Shown here: positions 42,348 to 52,091 of the stretch, piece by piece
Position numbering within the stretch: the stretch's first letter is position 1
How the letters are laid out: every line of letters starts with the position of its first letter
Assembly (NCBI GenBank): GCA_963666215.2
Contig: CAXWPL010000005.1
Location: 256,001 to 320,000 of the forward strand
Direction of reading: 5' to 3'
From: Acidobacteriota bacterium
Lineage (GTDB): Bacteria > Acidobacteriota > UBA890 > WLXD01
DNA: 64,000 nucleotides
Made by a program: the position numbers and the translations under genes
Notes under the pieces: model-generated
What the model was told of the DNA's origin: nothing
What the model saw: only the letters and a program-made list of their open reading frames with translations
The model's database searches: none

Positions 42348-42803
42348 CTACGGCTGCTGTAGCAGTCCCTTGAGCTCCGCCATGAACGCGTTCAGGTCCT
42401 TGAACTCACGATAAACAGACGCGAATCGCACGTAGGCCACTTCGTCGAGCCCGCGCAGCCGCTCGACCACCAGCTCGCCGATCTGCGCGCTGTCGATCTC
42501 GCGATTCGGACCGTCGTGAGCAAGTGTCTCGACCGCGTCGCAGATCTCTTCGAGCTGCTGCATCGAGATCGGTCGACGATGCGAGGCGCGCATCAGGCCG
42601 GCGAGGAGCTTGTTCCGGTCGTAGCCCTCGCGGCGGTCGTCTTTCTTGACCACCATGATCGGTACGGCCTCGAACTGCTCGTAGGTCGTCGTGCGCCGAC
42701 CACATTCGACGCATTCACGACGCCGTCGGATTACGCGCCCTTCGCGACTCTCACGAGAATCGACCACCTTGTCGTTGTTGTGGCCGCAATAGGGACACTT
42801 CAT
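42348..42803 (-). CDS. nrdR: Transcriptional repressor NrdR
   Basis: MKCPYC...VVDSR...IRRRREC..C, ATP cone, AYVRFASVY. Confidence 0.97.
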   Translation of the reverse strand: MKCPYCGHNNDKVVDSRESREGRVIRRRRECVECGRRTTTYEQFEAVPIMVVKKDDRREGYDRNKLLAGLMRASHRRPISMQQLEEICDAVETLAHDGPNREIDSAQIGELVVERLRGLDEVAYVRFASVYREFKDLNAFMAELKGLLQQP

Positions 42804-42812
42804 GACATCACG

Positions 42813-43838
42813 CTACATTCTTTCGGGCGCCAGCGCCCCCACCGAGCCCAACGTCATGCCCTCGCGGAATAGAAGCAGTAGCCCGATCGCGGCACCTGGC
42901 AAGAACACCAGTGCGTGGCTGATCAATGCGTAGGCGATCGCGCTGTCGTTGGGCACTCCCCACAGCGTCACGAGACCGATCTGGGCCGCCTTGTGGAAAC
43001 CGCCGATGCCCGCCGGTGTGGGGACGAGAACCCCGACCACCATGAGCGCCACCAGTGGGATGGTGGCGTACCAGGGCAGATCAATACCGAGCGCCCGGAA
43101 CAGCAAGAAGTACGTCAGGCAGGTGACGCTCCAGATTCCGACCGAGTGAAGTGCGATCGCGGCTACCAACCGCCCGTCTCGCAGCCCTGCGAGCCCGTCG
43201 ACAAACGACCTCCCGAGATCTTGCAGCTTGCCGGGCAGCAGCGCGAACAGCCGCCCTACGAGCCCCGATTCCAGATCGGGATCGTCTCCCTGCCGTCGCA
43301 CCCAGCGGAGCAGAATCGCGCCGCCGAGCAGCGAAACGAGCAGCGCCGCACTCCCGGTGACGCGCAATCCCGACATCACGCCCTGGGAATCGTCCCCGAG
43401 CATCGCGGGGGCCGGCAAGATGGCCAGATACGTCGCCAACAGCACGAGAACAGCGATCCCATCGAACGCCCGCTCGAGCACCACCGTGGCGATTGCCGCG
43501 CTCGCCGTCACGTCGTCTCGACGCGCTAGCAAGATCGGCTTGGCGACCTCGCCGATCCGCCCAGGCAGGACCACGGTGATCGCCCAGCCCATCAGCACGC
43601 ACGCCACGAGCCGGCCGAAAAGGGCGCGAAACCCGGGTAGCATGGGCGACAGGAGCAACCCCCACCGCCAGGCCCGATACACCTGAACGGAGACCGCCAA
43701 CACCACGGCAAGCAGCAGCAGCGACACGTCGGCGCTGCGAGCTTCGGCGAGTACCTGCTGCGGATCTGCGCTACGCAAGAACAGATAGAGCAGAACACAT
43801 GCGAGCAAGACTCCGACAACAGCCTGCGGTCGACGCAT
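42813..43838 (-). CDS. Lysylphosphatidylglycerol synthase TM-domain (flippase-like) protein
   Basis: RAWRW, LPGRIGE, ER.FD, PTPAGIG; multiple TM helices. Confidence 0.85.
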   Translation of the reverse strand: MRRPQAVVGVLLACVLLYLFLRSADPQQVLAEARSADVSLLLLAVVLAVSVQVYRAWRWGLLLSPMLPGFRALFGRLVACVLMGWAITVVLPGRIGEVAKPILLARRDDVTASAAIATVVLERAFDGIAVLVLLATYLAILPAPAMLGDDSQGVMSGLRVTGSAALLVSLLGGAILLRWVRRQGDDPDLESGLVGRLFALLPGKLQDLGRSFVDGLAGLRDGRLVAAIALHSVGIWSVTCLTYFLLFRALGIDLPWYATIPLVALMVVGVLVPTPAGIGGFHKAAQIGLVTLWGVPNDSAIAYALISHALVFLPGAAIGLLLLFREGMTLGSVGALAPERM

Positions 43839-44024
43839 GACCGGACACCCTTTGTTGACCCTGACCTATAAACCAACCCGAGCCCGCCGAATTCAAGCCT
43901 GACGAGCGCCGCACCCGCTAGGAAGCTAACTCATGCGAGAATCGGCGGCGCTCACACCCGTCGGCGGGAAACGCGCGGACGGGCTCCCGAATCGCAGATC
44001 AGCTTGTATCCAACCGAACACGCC

Positions 44025-44822
44025 ATGTCGCGCGAAGCGGAAACCGACATCTCGCAAGCGGTGGCGCTGATCGCCGCTGGGCGACGCCTCTATGAGCGCC
44101 GCATTCTGGCATCGTACGAGGGGAATCTGAGCGTGCGACTCGGCCACGGCGCGGGAAGTCCCGCGACTCCCGGAACGGGCGATGGCGAGCGTATCCTCAC
44201 CACGCCCAGCGGGGTGCACAAAGGGAGGCTCGAACCCGACGACCTCGTGCTCACCGACCTGTCTGGAACGCCGCTCAACGGCCGCGTCCCATCGTCGGAG
44301 CTGCCCATGCACCTGGCGGTGTACCAGGAGCGGCCCGACCTGCGAGCGATCGTCCACGCTCATCCTCCAACCGCCACGGGCTATGCGGTTGCCGGGCGTC
44401 GGCTGCCCACCGCGGCTCTGGCCGAGGTGGTAACGATGCTCGGCTGCGTGCCTGTCGCCCCGTACGGCACGCCATCCACGGATGAGCTCGCCGACGCGGT
44501 GCGCGAGCCGGTGCGCTCGTTCGACGTGCTGTTGCTGGCCAATCATGGCGCCCTCACCGCGGGCATCGACCTCGAGCAGGCCGAGGAGCGAATGCACCAA
44601 CTCGAGCACTTCGCCGAGATTGCCCTCGTCAGCCACCTTCTGGGAGGACCACAAAGCCTGTCAACGGAGCAGGTTGCACGGCTCTCCGAGCTGCGCGAGC
44701 GCGGTGGAGGACGCCCGGTGCCGCCGGCTTGCTACCCCTCGGACGACAAATCGGGCACCATTACCCTCACTCGCGCGCAGCTCGTCGAGCTCATTGCCGA
44801 CGCTGTGCGTACGATCCGCTGA
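44025..44822 (+). CDS. Class II aldolase (FucA-like) with a putative C-terminal BMC encapsulation peptide
   Basis: EGNLSVR, TPSG, PSSE..MH, HAH, NHG; linker followed by amphipathic TRAQLVELIADAVRTI. Confidence 0.9.
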   Translation: MSREAETDISQAVALIAAGRRLYERRILASYEGNLSVRLGHGAGSPATPGTGDGERILTTPSGVHKGRLEPDDLVLTDLSGTPLNGRVPSSELPMHLAVYQERPDLRAIVHAHPPTATGYAVAGRRLPTAALAEVVTMLGCVPVAPYGTPSTDELADAVREPVRSFDVLLLANHGALTAGIDLEQAEERMHQLEHFAEIALVSHLLGGPQSLSTEQVARLSELRERGGGRPVPPACYPSDDKSGTITLTRAQLVELIADAVRTIR

Positions 44823-44947
44823 ATTCCTCGGCAACTGACAGACCAAGATCGCACCGCTGAGCGAAGCCGCCCGGCGGCGAGCCCGAGCTGGGCAGCAACA
44901 ACAAAGCACCCACCAAGCGCGCCTCGCGCCCGCAAGGAGAACGATCG

Positions 44948-45238
44948 ATGGCAGAGTACGGTGACGCCCTTGGCATGATCGAGACGCGGGGCTTCGTGGG
45001 TATGGTCGAAGCCAGCGACGCGATGGTAAAGTCCGCCAAGGTCACGCTCGTGGGCTATGAAAAGGTTGGCGGTGGTCTGGTCACCGCCATCGTGCGCGGC
45101 GACGTCGCCGCGGTGAAATCGGCGACCGACGCTGGTGCCGCCGCCGCGCGCAGAGTCGGCGAGTTGGTCTCGGTGCACGTGATCCCGCGGCCGCACGGCA
45201 GCCTCGAGGACAACCTACCGATCGGTAAGAGCGACTAG
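44948..45238 (+). CDS. BMC-H hexameric shell protein (EutM/PduA/CcmK family)
   Basis: ALGMIETRG...ASDAMVKSA...RGDVAAVK...HVIPRPH; AAGGAG ribosome-binding site. Confidence 0.97.
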   Translation: MAEYGDALGMIETRGFVGMVEASDAMVKSAKVTLVGYEKVGGGLVTAIVRGDVAAVKSATDAGAAAARRVGELVSVHVIPRPHGSLEDNLPIGKSD

Positions 45239-45327
45239 ATCGAGCTTCCGACAACCGTCGGCAAGTTCGGGTGTACCGAAGAACACCCCGTCTCACCCAT
45301 CTCACCACGGCCTGCTAGGAGAGCGGC

Positions 45328-45594
45328 GTGTTTCTCGCCCGCGTTGTCGGCACAGTGGTCGCCACCCGCAAGGACCCCAAGCTCGTCGGCAGCAAGTTGC
45401 TGCTCGTCGTCCCGATCGACGCCGAGGGTAACGACGAGCCCGGGTACCACATCGCGATCGACACAGTCGACGCCGGGTATCGCGAGCGCGTGATCGTGGT
45501 TCGAGGATCGTCGGCTCGCATGGCCGAAGGGCTGAACGATCGTCCGGTCGACGCGGCCATCGTCGGCATCGTCGACCACACGAACATCGAGTGA
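45328..45594 (+). CDS. BMC-P pentameric vertex protein (EutN/CcmL family)
   Basis: MFLARVVGTVVATRKD, AIDTVDAG, GSSAR, PVDAAIVGIVD. Confidence 0.95.
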   Translation: MFLARVVGTVVATRKDPKLVGSKLLLVVPIDAEGNDEPGYHIAIDTVDAGYRERVIVVRGSSARMAEGLNDRPVDAAIVGIVDHTNIE

Positions 45595-45684
45595 GCGACC
45601 GATTGGCAACCTCCCACGCGCAGCCGACCACGAGGCGCGTCCTCGCCGTCATACTCCCGCTCGCATCTCCCGGCGGCTGAGCGG

Positions 45685-45987
45685 TTGGACCTGGCGAGAG
45701 TCGTCGGAAGCGTCGTCTGCACGATCAAGGACGATGGCCTCCACGGCGTCAAGCTGCTGCTCGTCCAGCCGCTCGACGAAGCCCTGCAACCCCGAGGCCG
45801 AGCGCTCGTGACTCTCGACGCTATCGGCGCGGGCACAGGCGAGACGGTGTTCTTCGTCACCGGCCGCGAGGCTTCGTTCGCTTTCCTGCCGCGCATCGTC
45901 CCGGCCGACGCATCGATCGTCGCGATCGTAGACTCGGTCTACGTCGAGGCCGGCGCAAATGACCAGCCCGTGCGGACGAATCGATGA
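45685..45987 (+). CDS. BMC-P pentameric vertex protein (EutN/CcmL family)
   Basis: LARVVGSVVCTIKD, DAIGAGTGE, GREA, DASIVAIVD. Confidence 0.95.
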   Translation: MDLARVVGSVVCTIKDDGLHGVKLLLVQPLDEALQPRGRALVTLDAIGAGTGETVFFVTGREASFAFLPRIVPADASIVAIVDSVYVEAGANDQPVRTNR

Positions 45988-46349
45988 TCTTGGCTCGCGT
46001 GATCGGCAACGTCGTGGCAACACAAAAACACGACAAGTTCACCGGCTCCAAGCTTCTTTGCGTGCAGCCGATCGACCTGCAGGGCGGTGATATCGACGAC
46101 GCGATCGTCGCCGTCGACAGCGTCGGCGCCGGCCCCGGCGAGATCGTGGTCGTGGTCATCGAGGGACGTTCCGCTAGCCACGCGATGCAAATCGAGCTGG
46201 CGCCGGCGAACGCGGCCATCATCGGTATCGTCGATCAAATCGACCTCGACGAACGCGCCGAGGCCAAGATGGCAAGCAGCCCTCCCGCAGACAAGAATTC
46301 CCGGGACGCGGGGACCCTCAAGAAATCTGAACGCGGAGCCAGCCGTTGA
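45984..46349 (+). CDS. BMC-P pentameric vertex protein (EutN/CcmL family) with C-terminal extension
   Basis: MILARVIGNVVATQKH, AVDSVGAGPGE, EGRSA, AAIIGIVD, then about 30 extra residues. Confidence 0.95.
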   Translation: MILARVIGNVVATQKHDKFTGSKLLCVQPIDLQGGDIDDAIVAVDSVGAGPGEIVVVVIEGRSASHAMQIELAPANAAIIGIVDQIDLDERAEAKMASSPPADKNSRDAGTLKKSERGASR

Positions 46350-47296
46350 GCGCCACGGTACTTGCAGGCAAGCCGATCCAGGAAGCCATCCTCGCCGAAG
46401 TCGCCGAGGGGGTCCGCGCATTCACCGCGACTTCGGCACCATCGAGCCCGCCGCATCTCACTGCGGTTCTCGTCGGCGACGACCCGGCCTCGACGATCTA
46501 CGTGCGCAGCAAGACGCGCACCTGCCGCGAGCTCGGCATCAGCTCCGCCACCCTTCGCCTCGCCGCGACAACGACGACCGAGCAGCTCCTCGACGAGATC
46601 GCGCAGCTCAACGCCGACCCCTCCGTCGACGGCATCTTGGTGCAACTCCCATTGCCGCCGCAGATCGACGAGAAGGTCGTGCTCGATGCGATCGACCCAC
46701 GTAAGGACGTCGATGGCCTGCACCCTGAGAACGCCGGGCTGCTGGCCCAAGGACGGCCGCGCTTCGTTCCCGCGACGCCGGCTGGAATCATCGACATGCT
46801 GGAGCGACTCGAGATCGAGATCTCGGGCAAGCACGCCGTGGTGGTCGGTCGCAGCGAGATCGTCGGCAAGCCGATGGCGGCCTTGTTGCTGCAGCGGCAC
46901 GCCACAACCACCATCTGTCACTCGCGGACCGCCGACTTGGGCGCCATTACGCGACAGGCCGATATTCTGGTCGCCGCGGTTGGTGTTGCCGGCTTGGTGG
47001 GCCCCGAGCACGTCAAGGGCGGCGCCACGGTCATCGACGTCGGCATCAACCGCGTGGACGATCGCGCGCGTCTAGAGACGCTCCTGGGGACGCGTGCCGC
47101 GGGCGCGGATTGGGCCCGATTCGAAGAGCGTGGCTACCTCGTTGTGGGCGACGTCCGTCCCGACGTCGCCGACGTCGCCGGCGCCATGACGCCGGTGCCA
47201 GGTGGCGTCGGGCTGCTGACGATAGGCCTTGTTCTGGTCAACACACTCGAGGCCGCCAGACGACGCCAGGCGGCGGGCGAGCGCGATCTCGTTTGA
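46346..47296 (+). CDS. folD: Methylenetetrahydrofolate dehydrogenase/cyclohydrolase
   Basis: YVRSK, GILVQLPLP, KDVDG, GRSEIVGKP, IDVGIN, TPVPGGVG. Confidence 0.96.
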   Translation: MSATVLAGKPIQEAILAEVAEGVRAFTATSAPSSPPHLTAVLVGDDPASTIYVRSKTRTCRELGISSATLRLAATTTTEQLLDEIAQLNADPSVDGILVQLPLPPQIDEKVVLDAIDPRKDVDGLHPENAGLLAQGRPRFVPATPAGIIDMLERLEIEISGKHAVVVGRSEIVGKPMAALLLQRHATTTICHSRTADLGAITRQADILVAAVGVAGLVGPEHVKGGATVIDVGINRVDDRARLETLLGTRAAGADWARFEERGYLVVGDVRPDVADVAGAMTPVPGGVGLLTIGLVLVNTLEAARRRQAAGERDLV

Positions 47297-47326
47297 ACGA
47301 GATCGAGAGCGATTGAAAGAACGCCG

Positions 47327-48034
47327 GTGAGCCAACTGAATGGCGAACCCGACCCGCGCCCGCGAGCGACGGGTCGATGCACCAACGACGACCCCGCAGC
47401 CATCCTGTTGGTGGGTCTCACCGGCAACATCGCGGCGGGCAAAAGCACCGTCGGACAGCTCCTCGCTGCGCACGGTTTTCTGGTGATCGACGCCGATCGG
47501 CTCGGGCACGCCGTGCTCGAGCAGCCCGAGATCCAGCAAGCGCTGGTCGAGCGCTTCGGCGACCAGGTTCTCGGCGACGATCGTCGGATCGACCGCACGC
47601 GGCTCGGCGCCGTGGTCTTCGGCGACGCCCAAGCACGCGAGTTCCTCAATCACATCACCCACCCGCGCATCCGTGCCCGCGAACAGGAAAGCGTGGCGGC
47701 GTGGTCCGCCGATCACAATCCTGGAATCGCGGTGACCGAGGCCGCGCTGCTCGTGGAGACCGGAGGCGCATCGCGCTACCACCGGCTCGTCGTGGTGACG
47801 GCGGATGACGAGCTGCGACTCGAGCGACTGGCTCAACGCGGGCTCGACGCAGAACACGCGCGGCGGCGAATGGACAGCCAGATGGCGCAGCACGAGAAGG
47901 TCAAGGTGGCCGACTACCTCATCGACAACTCCCGAACCCTGCAGGCGCTCGCGACGCGCGTCGACGACGTGGTCGAGAGTCTGCGACGCGATCTCGAAGC
48001 GCTGGTCGCCGGGACCGACGCCGACGCCGGCTAG
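47327..48034 (+). CDS. coaE: Dephospho-CoA kinase
   Basis: VGLTGNIAAGKST, IDAD, ITHP, ALLVE, ADYLIDN. Confidence 0.95.
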   Translation: MSQLNGEPDPRPRATGRCTNDDPAAILLVGLTGNIAAGKSTVGQLLAAHGFLVIDADRLGHAVLEQPEIQQALVERFGDQVLGDDRRIDRTRLGAVVFGDAQAREFLNHITHPRIRAREQESVAAWSADHNPGIAVTEAALLVETGGASRYHRLVVVTADDELRLERLAQRGLDAEHARRRMDSQMAQHEKVKVADYLIDNSRTLQALATRVDDVVESLRRDLEALVAGTDADAG

Positions 48035-48447
48035 CTGGCCGGCTCGCCCCTCGGCAGTGCCTCGTAGCTGATCCCGGGATCGCAGGTCACGGCAACGCCG
48101 AGCACCCGCACGCCGGCGCCCAGGTCGGCTGTCGAGAGGCGCCCCAGAAGCCAGTCCGCGACGTCCGAAGCATGCGCCCGCCCGTCGCCGAGCTCGGGAT
48201 GACGCTCCAGCGTCGTGCCTTCGAGCTCGGCGATCTGCTCCTCGATCAGACGGCGCAGCCGTCTGAAATCGACCACGATGGCGATGCCGTCGAGCTGCTC
48301 CGATCCTGCTCGCACAGCCGTGCGCCATCGATGCTCGTGCAGAGTGGCGGCACCGCCGGCGGCATCCACCGCGTGCGACGCACGGAACTCGCACTCCACA
48401 CGCACCTCGTAGGTCGGCGGCGATCGTCGGGGCAACGAAACGCTCAC
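48031..48447 (-). CDS. QueD / 6-pyruvoyl-tetrahydropterin synthase-like T-fold protein (divergent)
   Basis: F.ASH, LHEH, VVDF..L; the usual catalytic Cys before HxH is absent. Confidence 0.7.
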   Translation of the reverse strand: MSVSLPRRSPPTYEVRVECEFRASHAVDAAGGAATLHEHRWRTAVRAGSEQLDGIAIVVDFRRLRRLIEEQIAELEGTTLERHPELGDGRAHASDVADWLLGRLSTADLGAGVRVLGVAVTCDPGISYEALPRGEPAS

Positions 48448-49655
48448 GCGCGCTCCTCACCCAGCGTGTTCCAGCCGTGGCAATGCGGGCAGCGGGTGAA
48501 CGGCTCGAGGCCGCGGAAGCGACACTCCAAGCAGACGTAGGGCTCGTCGACAAGTCCGTTCACACTGGCGTCGAGCAACTCAGTCAGACGTGCGGCAGCG
48601 GGGTCGTTGCTCTGCGGTGGTCGTCCATTGCTGCCACCGGCCACCCGCCCCTCGGGAGCCGAAGCCAGCGCCCGCCACAGCGCGCGCTGCACACCGAAGG
48701 CGTGGGGGCGCTCGCGCAGCGCCGCCGCCAGAACGTCGCTCGCTCCCTCGGCGTCGCCCCCATGAAGCCGCGAACGGCCGAGGGCCAACGCCGCCCACCA
48801 GGCGCGTGGATCACGCTCCAGGAGCTCGCCACATACACGTTCGAGGGTGGCGAGGGCGCCGCACTCGAGCGCGATATCGCTCAGAGCTTCGACCGCGGCG
48901 CGAGGCCAGGGCGCCGCAGAAGAGGTGGCCGCCGCCAAATGCTTCACGGCTTCGTCTTGCTTCCCTTCGGCGCGCTCCAGAGCGGCAATGCCGACCAGTG
49001 CCGGCGCATATCCAGCGTCGAGGTCCAGTGCCTTTCGGTAGTGATCCGCGGCCCGTCGCGAATCGGACGCTACGAACTGCTTGGCCCACTCGGTGTGCAT
49101 CGCGGGCAACAGGTCGATGTCACCGCCCTCGCCCACGGCTCGTAGTCGCCGGTAGAGCTCGATCGCCTCACCCCAGCGTCCGAACTCCTCGTGGATCCCC
49201 TGCAAACGCCTGAGGCCCGACACGTTGTCGAGGTCGAGCTCCAGAACCTCCCGAAACGTACGCTCGGCACGATCACTGAGCCCGGCGCGGCGGAAGTCCT
49301 CGCCCAACGACAGCAGGATGTGCAGGCGCTCCCCCTCGCTCAGGTCGGGGCGGTGCAGCAAGCTCTTGTGGACCTCGATGGCGCGATCGGCCTGCCCGGT
49401 TTCACGGAAGAGATTTCCCAGTGCGACGTGTGGCTCAAGCGCGTGCGTCTCGTCGTGTACGGCGCGTGCCAGCTCGCGAACGGCCCTGGTGGGCTCCTGT
49501 GAAGCGAGATAGCCGAGCGCCCGCAGGTAGTGCGGGCGCTCGGGCTGCTCCGGCCGACGCGGACGTCGGCGGCGCGACCACAGCTCTCCGATCAGCGCAC
49601 CCACCGCGAGCAGCGCCAACCCCACCCCGATGCTCAGTGGCCAGCTCGAAGTCAT
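48444..49655 (-). CDS. lapB: LPS assembly regulator LapB-like protein
   Basis: N-terminal TM, LGNLFRETGQADRAIEVH, TPRs, C-terminal CLEC...CPHCHGWN rubredoxin. Confidence 0.88.
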   Translation of the reverse strand: MTSSWPLSIGVGLALLAVGALIGELWSRRRRPRRPEQPERPHYLRALGYLASQEPTRAVRELARAVHDETHALEPHVALGNLFRETGQADRAIEVHKSLLHRPDLSEGERLHILLSLGEDFRRAGLSDRAERTFREVLELDLDNVSGLRRLQGIHEEFGRWGEAIELYRRLRAVGEGGDIDLLPAMHTEWAKQFVASDSRRAADHYRKALDLDAGYAPALVGIAALERAEGKQDEAVKHLAAATSSAAPWPRAAVEALSDIALECGALATLERVCGELLERDPRAWWAALALGRSRLHGGDAEGASDVLAAALRERPHAFGVQRALWRALASAPEGRVAGGSNGRPPQSNDPAAARLTELLDASVNGLVDEPYVCLECRFRGLEPFTRCPHCHGWNTLGEERA

Positions 49656-50194
49656 TCGCGAGCCCGCATTTTTTCGAGCAAATCGCCCCAAGCGCCGTGG
49701 GCTTCCACCATGTCGTCAACCAACTCGCGCAAGGCGCCCCGACCACCCGCCGTCTCGGTAACCCAGTGAGCAGCGTCAAGGGCCACCGGATGTGCATCGG
49801 CGACGGCCACCGCCAGTCCGACGCGTTCGAGCAGCGGCACGTCAATCAGATCGTCGCCGATAAAAGCCACCTCCTTCAATTCCAGGCCGCGCTCGGCGCA
49901 AATCCACTCGCCGGCGGCCAGCTTGTTGGTGCAGCCTTGCACGAGTGCGGCGGTGGGCAGCTCGGCGAACCGCCGCGCAACGGCAGCCGAGGTACGCCCC
50001 GTGATGACGGCGATCGGAAGGCCGATGTCGCAGGCGATGTGGACGGCACTGCCGTCGCGCACATGGAAGACCTTGGCCTCCCAGTCGTCGCTACCGTAGA
50101 CAATTGAGCCGTCGGTGAGGACGCCATCAACATCCACCGCCACCAGGCGAATGGATCGCAGGCGCTCCATGTATTCCTCGCGCGTCAGTCGCAT
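49652..50194 (-). CDS. kdsC: Kdo-8-phosphate phosphatase
   Basis: DVDGVLTDG, FHVRDG, ITGR, IGDDLID, GGRGALRE. Confidence 0.94.
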   Translation of the reverse strand: MRLTREEYMERLRSIRLVAVDVDGVLTDGSIVYGSDDWEAKVFHVRDGSAVHIACDIGLPIAVITGRTSAAVARRFAELPTAALVQGCTNKLAAGEWICAERGLELKEVAFIGDDLIDVPLLERVGLAVAVADAHPVALDAAHWVTETAGGRGALRELVDDMVEAHGAWGDLLEKMRARE

Positions 50195-50250
50195 CGGTCC
50201 TGGCCCGCGACGGGTCGACCCACAACTTGCCGGACCACCGCCTGCCCCGC

Positions 50251-51261
50251 TCAAACCATCTGCGTACGCCACAAATCGTGCAGATGCACGACTCCGGCGA
50301 ACGCTTCTGACGAATCGGTGACAATCAGAACCGTGATTCGACGCTCCTCGAGAAGCTTCAACGCTTCGGTGGCAAGCGCGTCGGCCTCGATGCTGACTGG
50401 CGAGCGTGTCATGCAAGCGTCCACCGAAAGTTCGTGCGGTGCGTCGGCGGAGCCTAGCCATCGGCGCAGGTCGCCGTCGGTGACGATACCGGCAACCTCG
50501 CCCGCTTCATCGACCACCACGGTCATCCCCAGACGCTTGGCGGAAATCTCGCGCACAGCGTCGCGCACACTCGATCCCGAGCGCACGAGGGGCACCTGCT
50601 CCCCCGAGTGCATGACGCTGTTCACTCGCAGCAGCCGGCGGCCCAGCGAGCCGCGAGGGTGAAACGACGCAAAGTCCTCGGGACCGAATCCACGCTCGTT
50701 GAGCAGCGCCATCGCCAGGGCATCACCGAGGGCGAGCGCCGCGGTCGTGCTGGCGGTGGGAGCGAGGCCCATGGGGCAGGCCTCGTTGTCGATAGCGACG
50801 TGCAACACCACGTCAGCCTCGCGAGCCAGGGTCGACATCGCCTCCCCGACCAGTGCAATCAAACCTACCTCGAGCCGGCGCATCGCCGGCAGGAGGGCAA
50901 CGAGCTCCTCGGTTTCGCCGCTGTGACTCAGAGCCACCACCACGTCGCCATCGACGATCATGCCGAGGTCGCCGTGGCCCGCCTCGGCTGGGTGCAGGAA
51001 AAAGGCCGGAGTCCCCGTCGAGGCCAGCGTCCCAGCGAGCTTCTTGCCGATAATTCCCGACTTGCCCATGCCGGTGCAGACGATGCGACCCGGGCACTTG
51101 AGCAACATCGTCAGCGCTGCGGACAGTGCCTCCTCGTCGAACTCGGCGGCGAGCTTCGTCAACGCCGCCGCCTCGGTGACAAGCACCTGCCTGGCGATCG
51201 CAAGGCTTTCCGCGCGACGGCCCACAAGTGGTGCCGCGTCAACTCCACTCGCCGGCTTCAT
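50251..51261 (-). CDS. kdsD: Arabinose-5-phosphate isomerase
   Basis: GMGKSG, HPAEAGHGDLG, EACPMGLAPTAST, FHPRGSLG, CBS pair. Confidence 0.95.
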   Translation of the reverse strand: MKPASGVDAAPLVGRRAESLAIARQVLVTEAAALTKLAAEFDEEALSAALTMLLKCPGRIVCTGMGKSGIIGKKLAGTLASTGTPAFFLHPAEAGHGDLGMIVDGDVVVALSHSGETEELVALLPAMRRLEVGLIALVGEAMSTLAREADVVLHVAIDNEACPMGLAPTASTTAALALGDALAMALLNERGFGPEDFASFHPRGSLGRRLLRVNSVMHSGEQVPLVRSGSSVRDAVREISAKRLGMTVVVDEAGEVAGIVTDGDLRRWLGSADAPHELSVDACMTRSPVSIEADALATEALKLLEERRITVLIVTDSSEAFAGVVHLHDLWRTQMV

Positions 51262-52091
51262 GAGCTCCTCCGAGCGCCATCGGCCTGTACGGCATCGTGC
51301 ACCCGCCGCAGCGACGCCAGAAGAAAATCGAGCTCTGCCAGCGGCAGCTGCGTTGTTGCGTCGCTGACCGCGCGCTCCGGCTCGTCATGGACTTCGATAA
51401 AAAGCACGTCCACGCCCGCCGCCACACCGGCGCGCGCCAGCAGAGCGGCAAACCGGCGCTCTCCTCCCGTTTCTCGTCCCAGGCTCGGCAGCTGCAGGCT
51501 GTGGGTCACATCAAGGACGACGGGGTAACCAAAGTCCTGCATGAACCCGAGCCCTTTGAAGTCGACGACCAGGTTGTTGTAGCCGAAGCTGGCTCCGCGC
51601 TCGGTAATCAGCAACCTCTCGTTGCCCGTCGAAGCGGCCTTCTCGACGACATTCCGCATATCCCAGGGGGCCAGGAACTGCCCCTTCTTGAGATTCACCA
51701 CACGGCCGCTCGCCGCTGCGGCGAGCACGAGATCGGTCTGCCTGCAAAGGAACGCCGGGATCTGAAGCACGTCGCACACCTCAGCCGCGGCTCCAACCTG
51801 TTCGACCGTGTGGACATCGGTGAGCACAGGCACGCCCACTTCAGAGCGAACCTCCGCGAGAATCTTCAGGCCAGCCTCGATGCCAGGGCCACGCGCCGAA
51901 TCGACCGCCGTGCGGTTAGCCTTGTCGAACGACGCCTTGAAGACGTATGCCAGGCCGCACGTCTCCGCTGCCGCCGACACGGCCTCGGCCATCCTCAAGC
52001 AATGGTCGCGCGACTCGATCGCGCACGGCCCCGCAATGAGCCCGAGCCCACCGTTGCCGAAAACAACGCTTTCGGAGACCTGCACACCCAT
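51258..52091 (-). CDS. kdsA: Kdo-8-phosphate synthase
   Basis: IAGPC.IES, KASFDKANRT, QIPAFLCRQTD, KKGQF, ERG.SFGY, DVTHS. Confidence 0.96.
   Translation of the reverse strand: MGVQVSESVVFGNGGLGLIAGPCAIESRDHCLRMAEAVSAAAETCGLAYVFKASFDKANRTAVDSARGPGIEAGLKILAEVRSEVGVPVLTDVHTVEQVGAAAEVCDVLQIPAFLCRQTDLVLAAAASGRVVNLKKGQFLAPWDMRNVVEKAASTGNERLLITERGASFGYNNLVVDFKGLGFMQDFGYPVVLDVTHSLQLPSLGRETGGERRFAALLARAGVAAGVDVLFIEVHDEPERAVSDATTQLPLAELDFLLASLRRVHDAVQADGARRSS

Noticed and set aside
50195-50461. Apparent N-terminal extension of KdsC; similar extensions on ProS, AroA, KdsA and Ino1
   Set aside because: Longest-ORF artefacts; family similarity begins at downstream ATGs.
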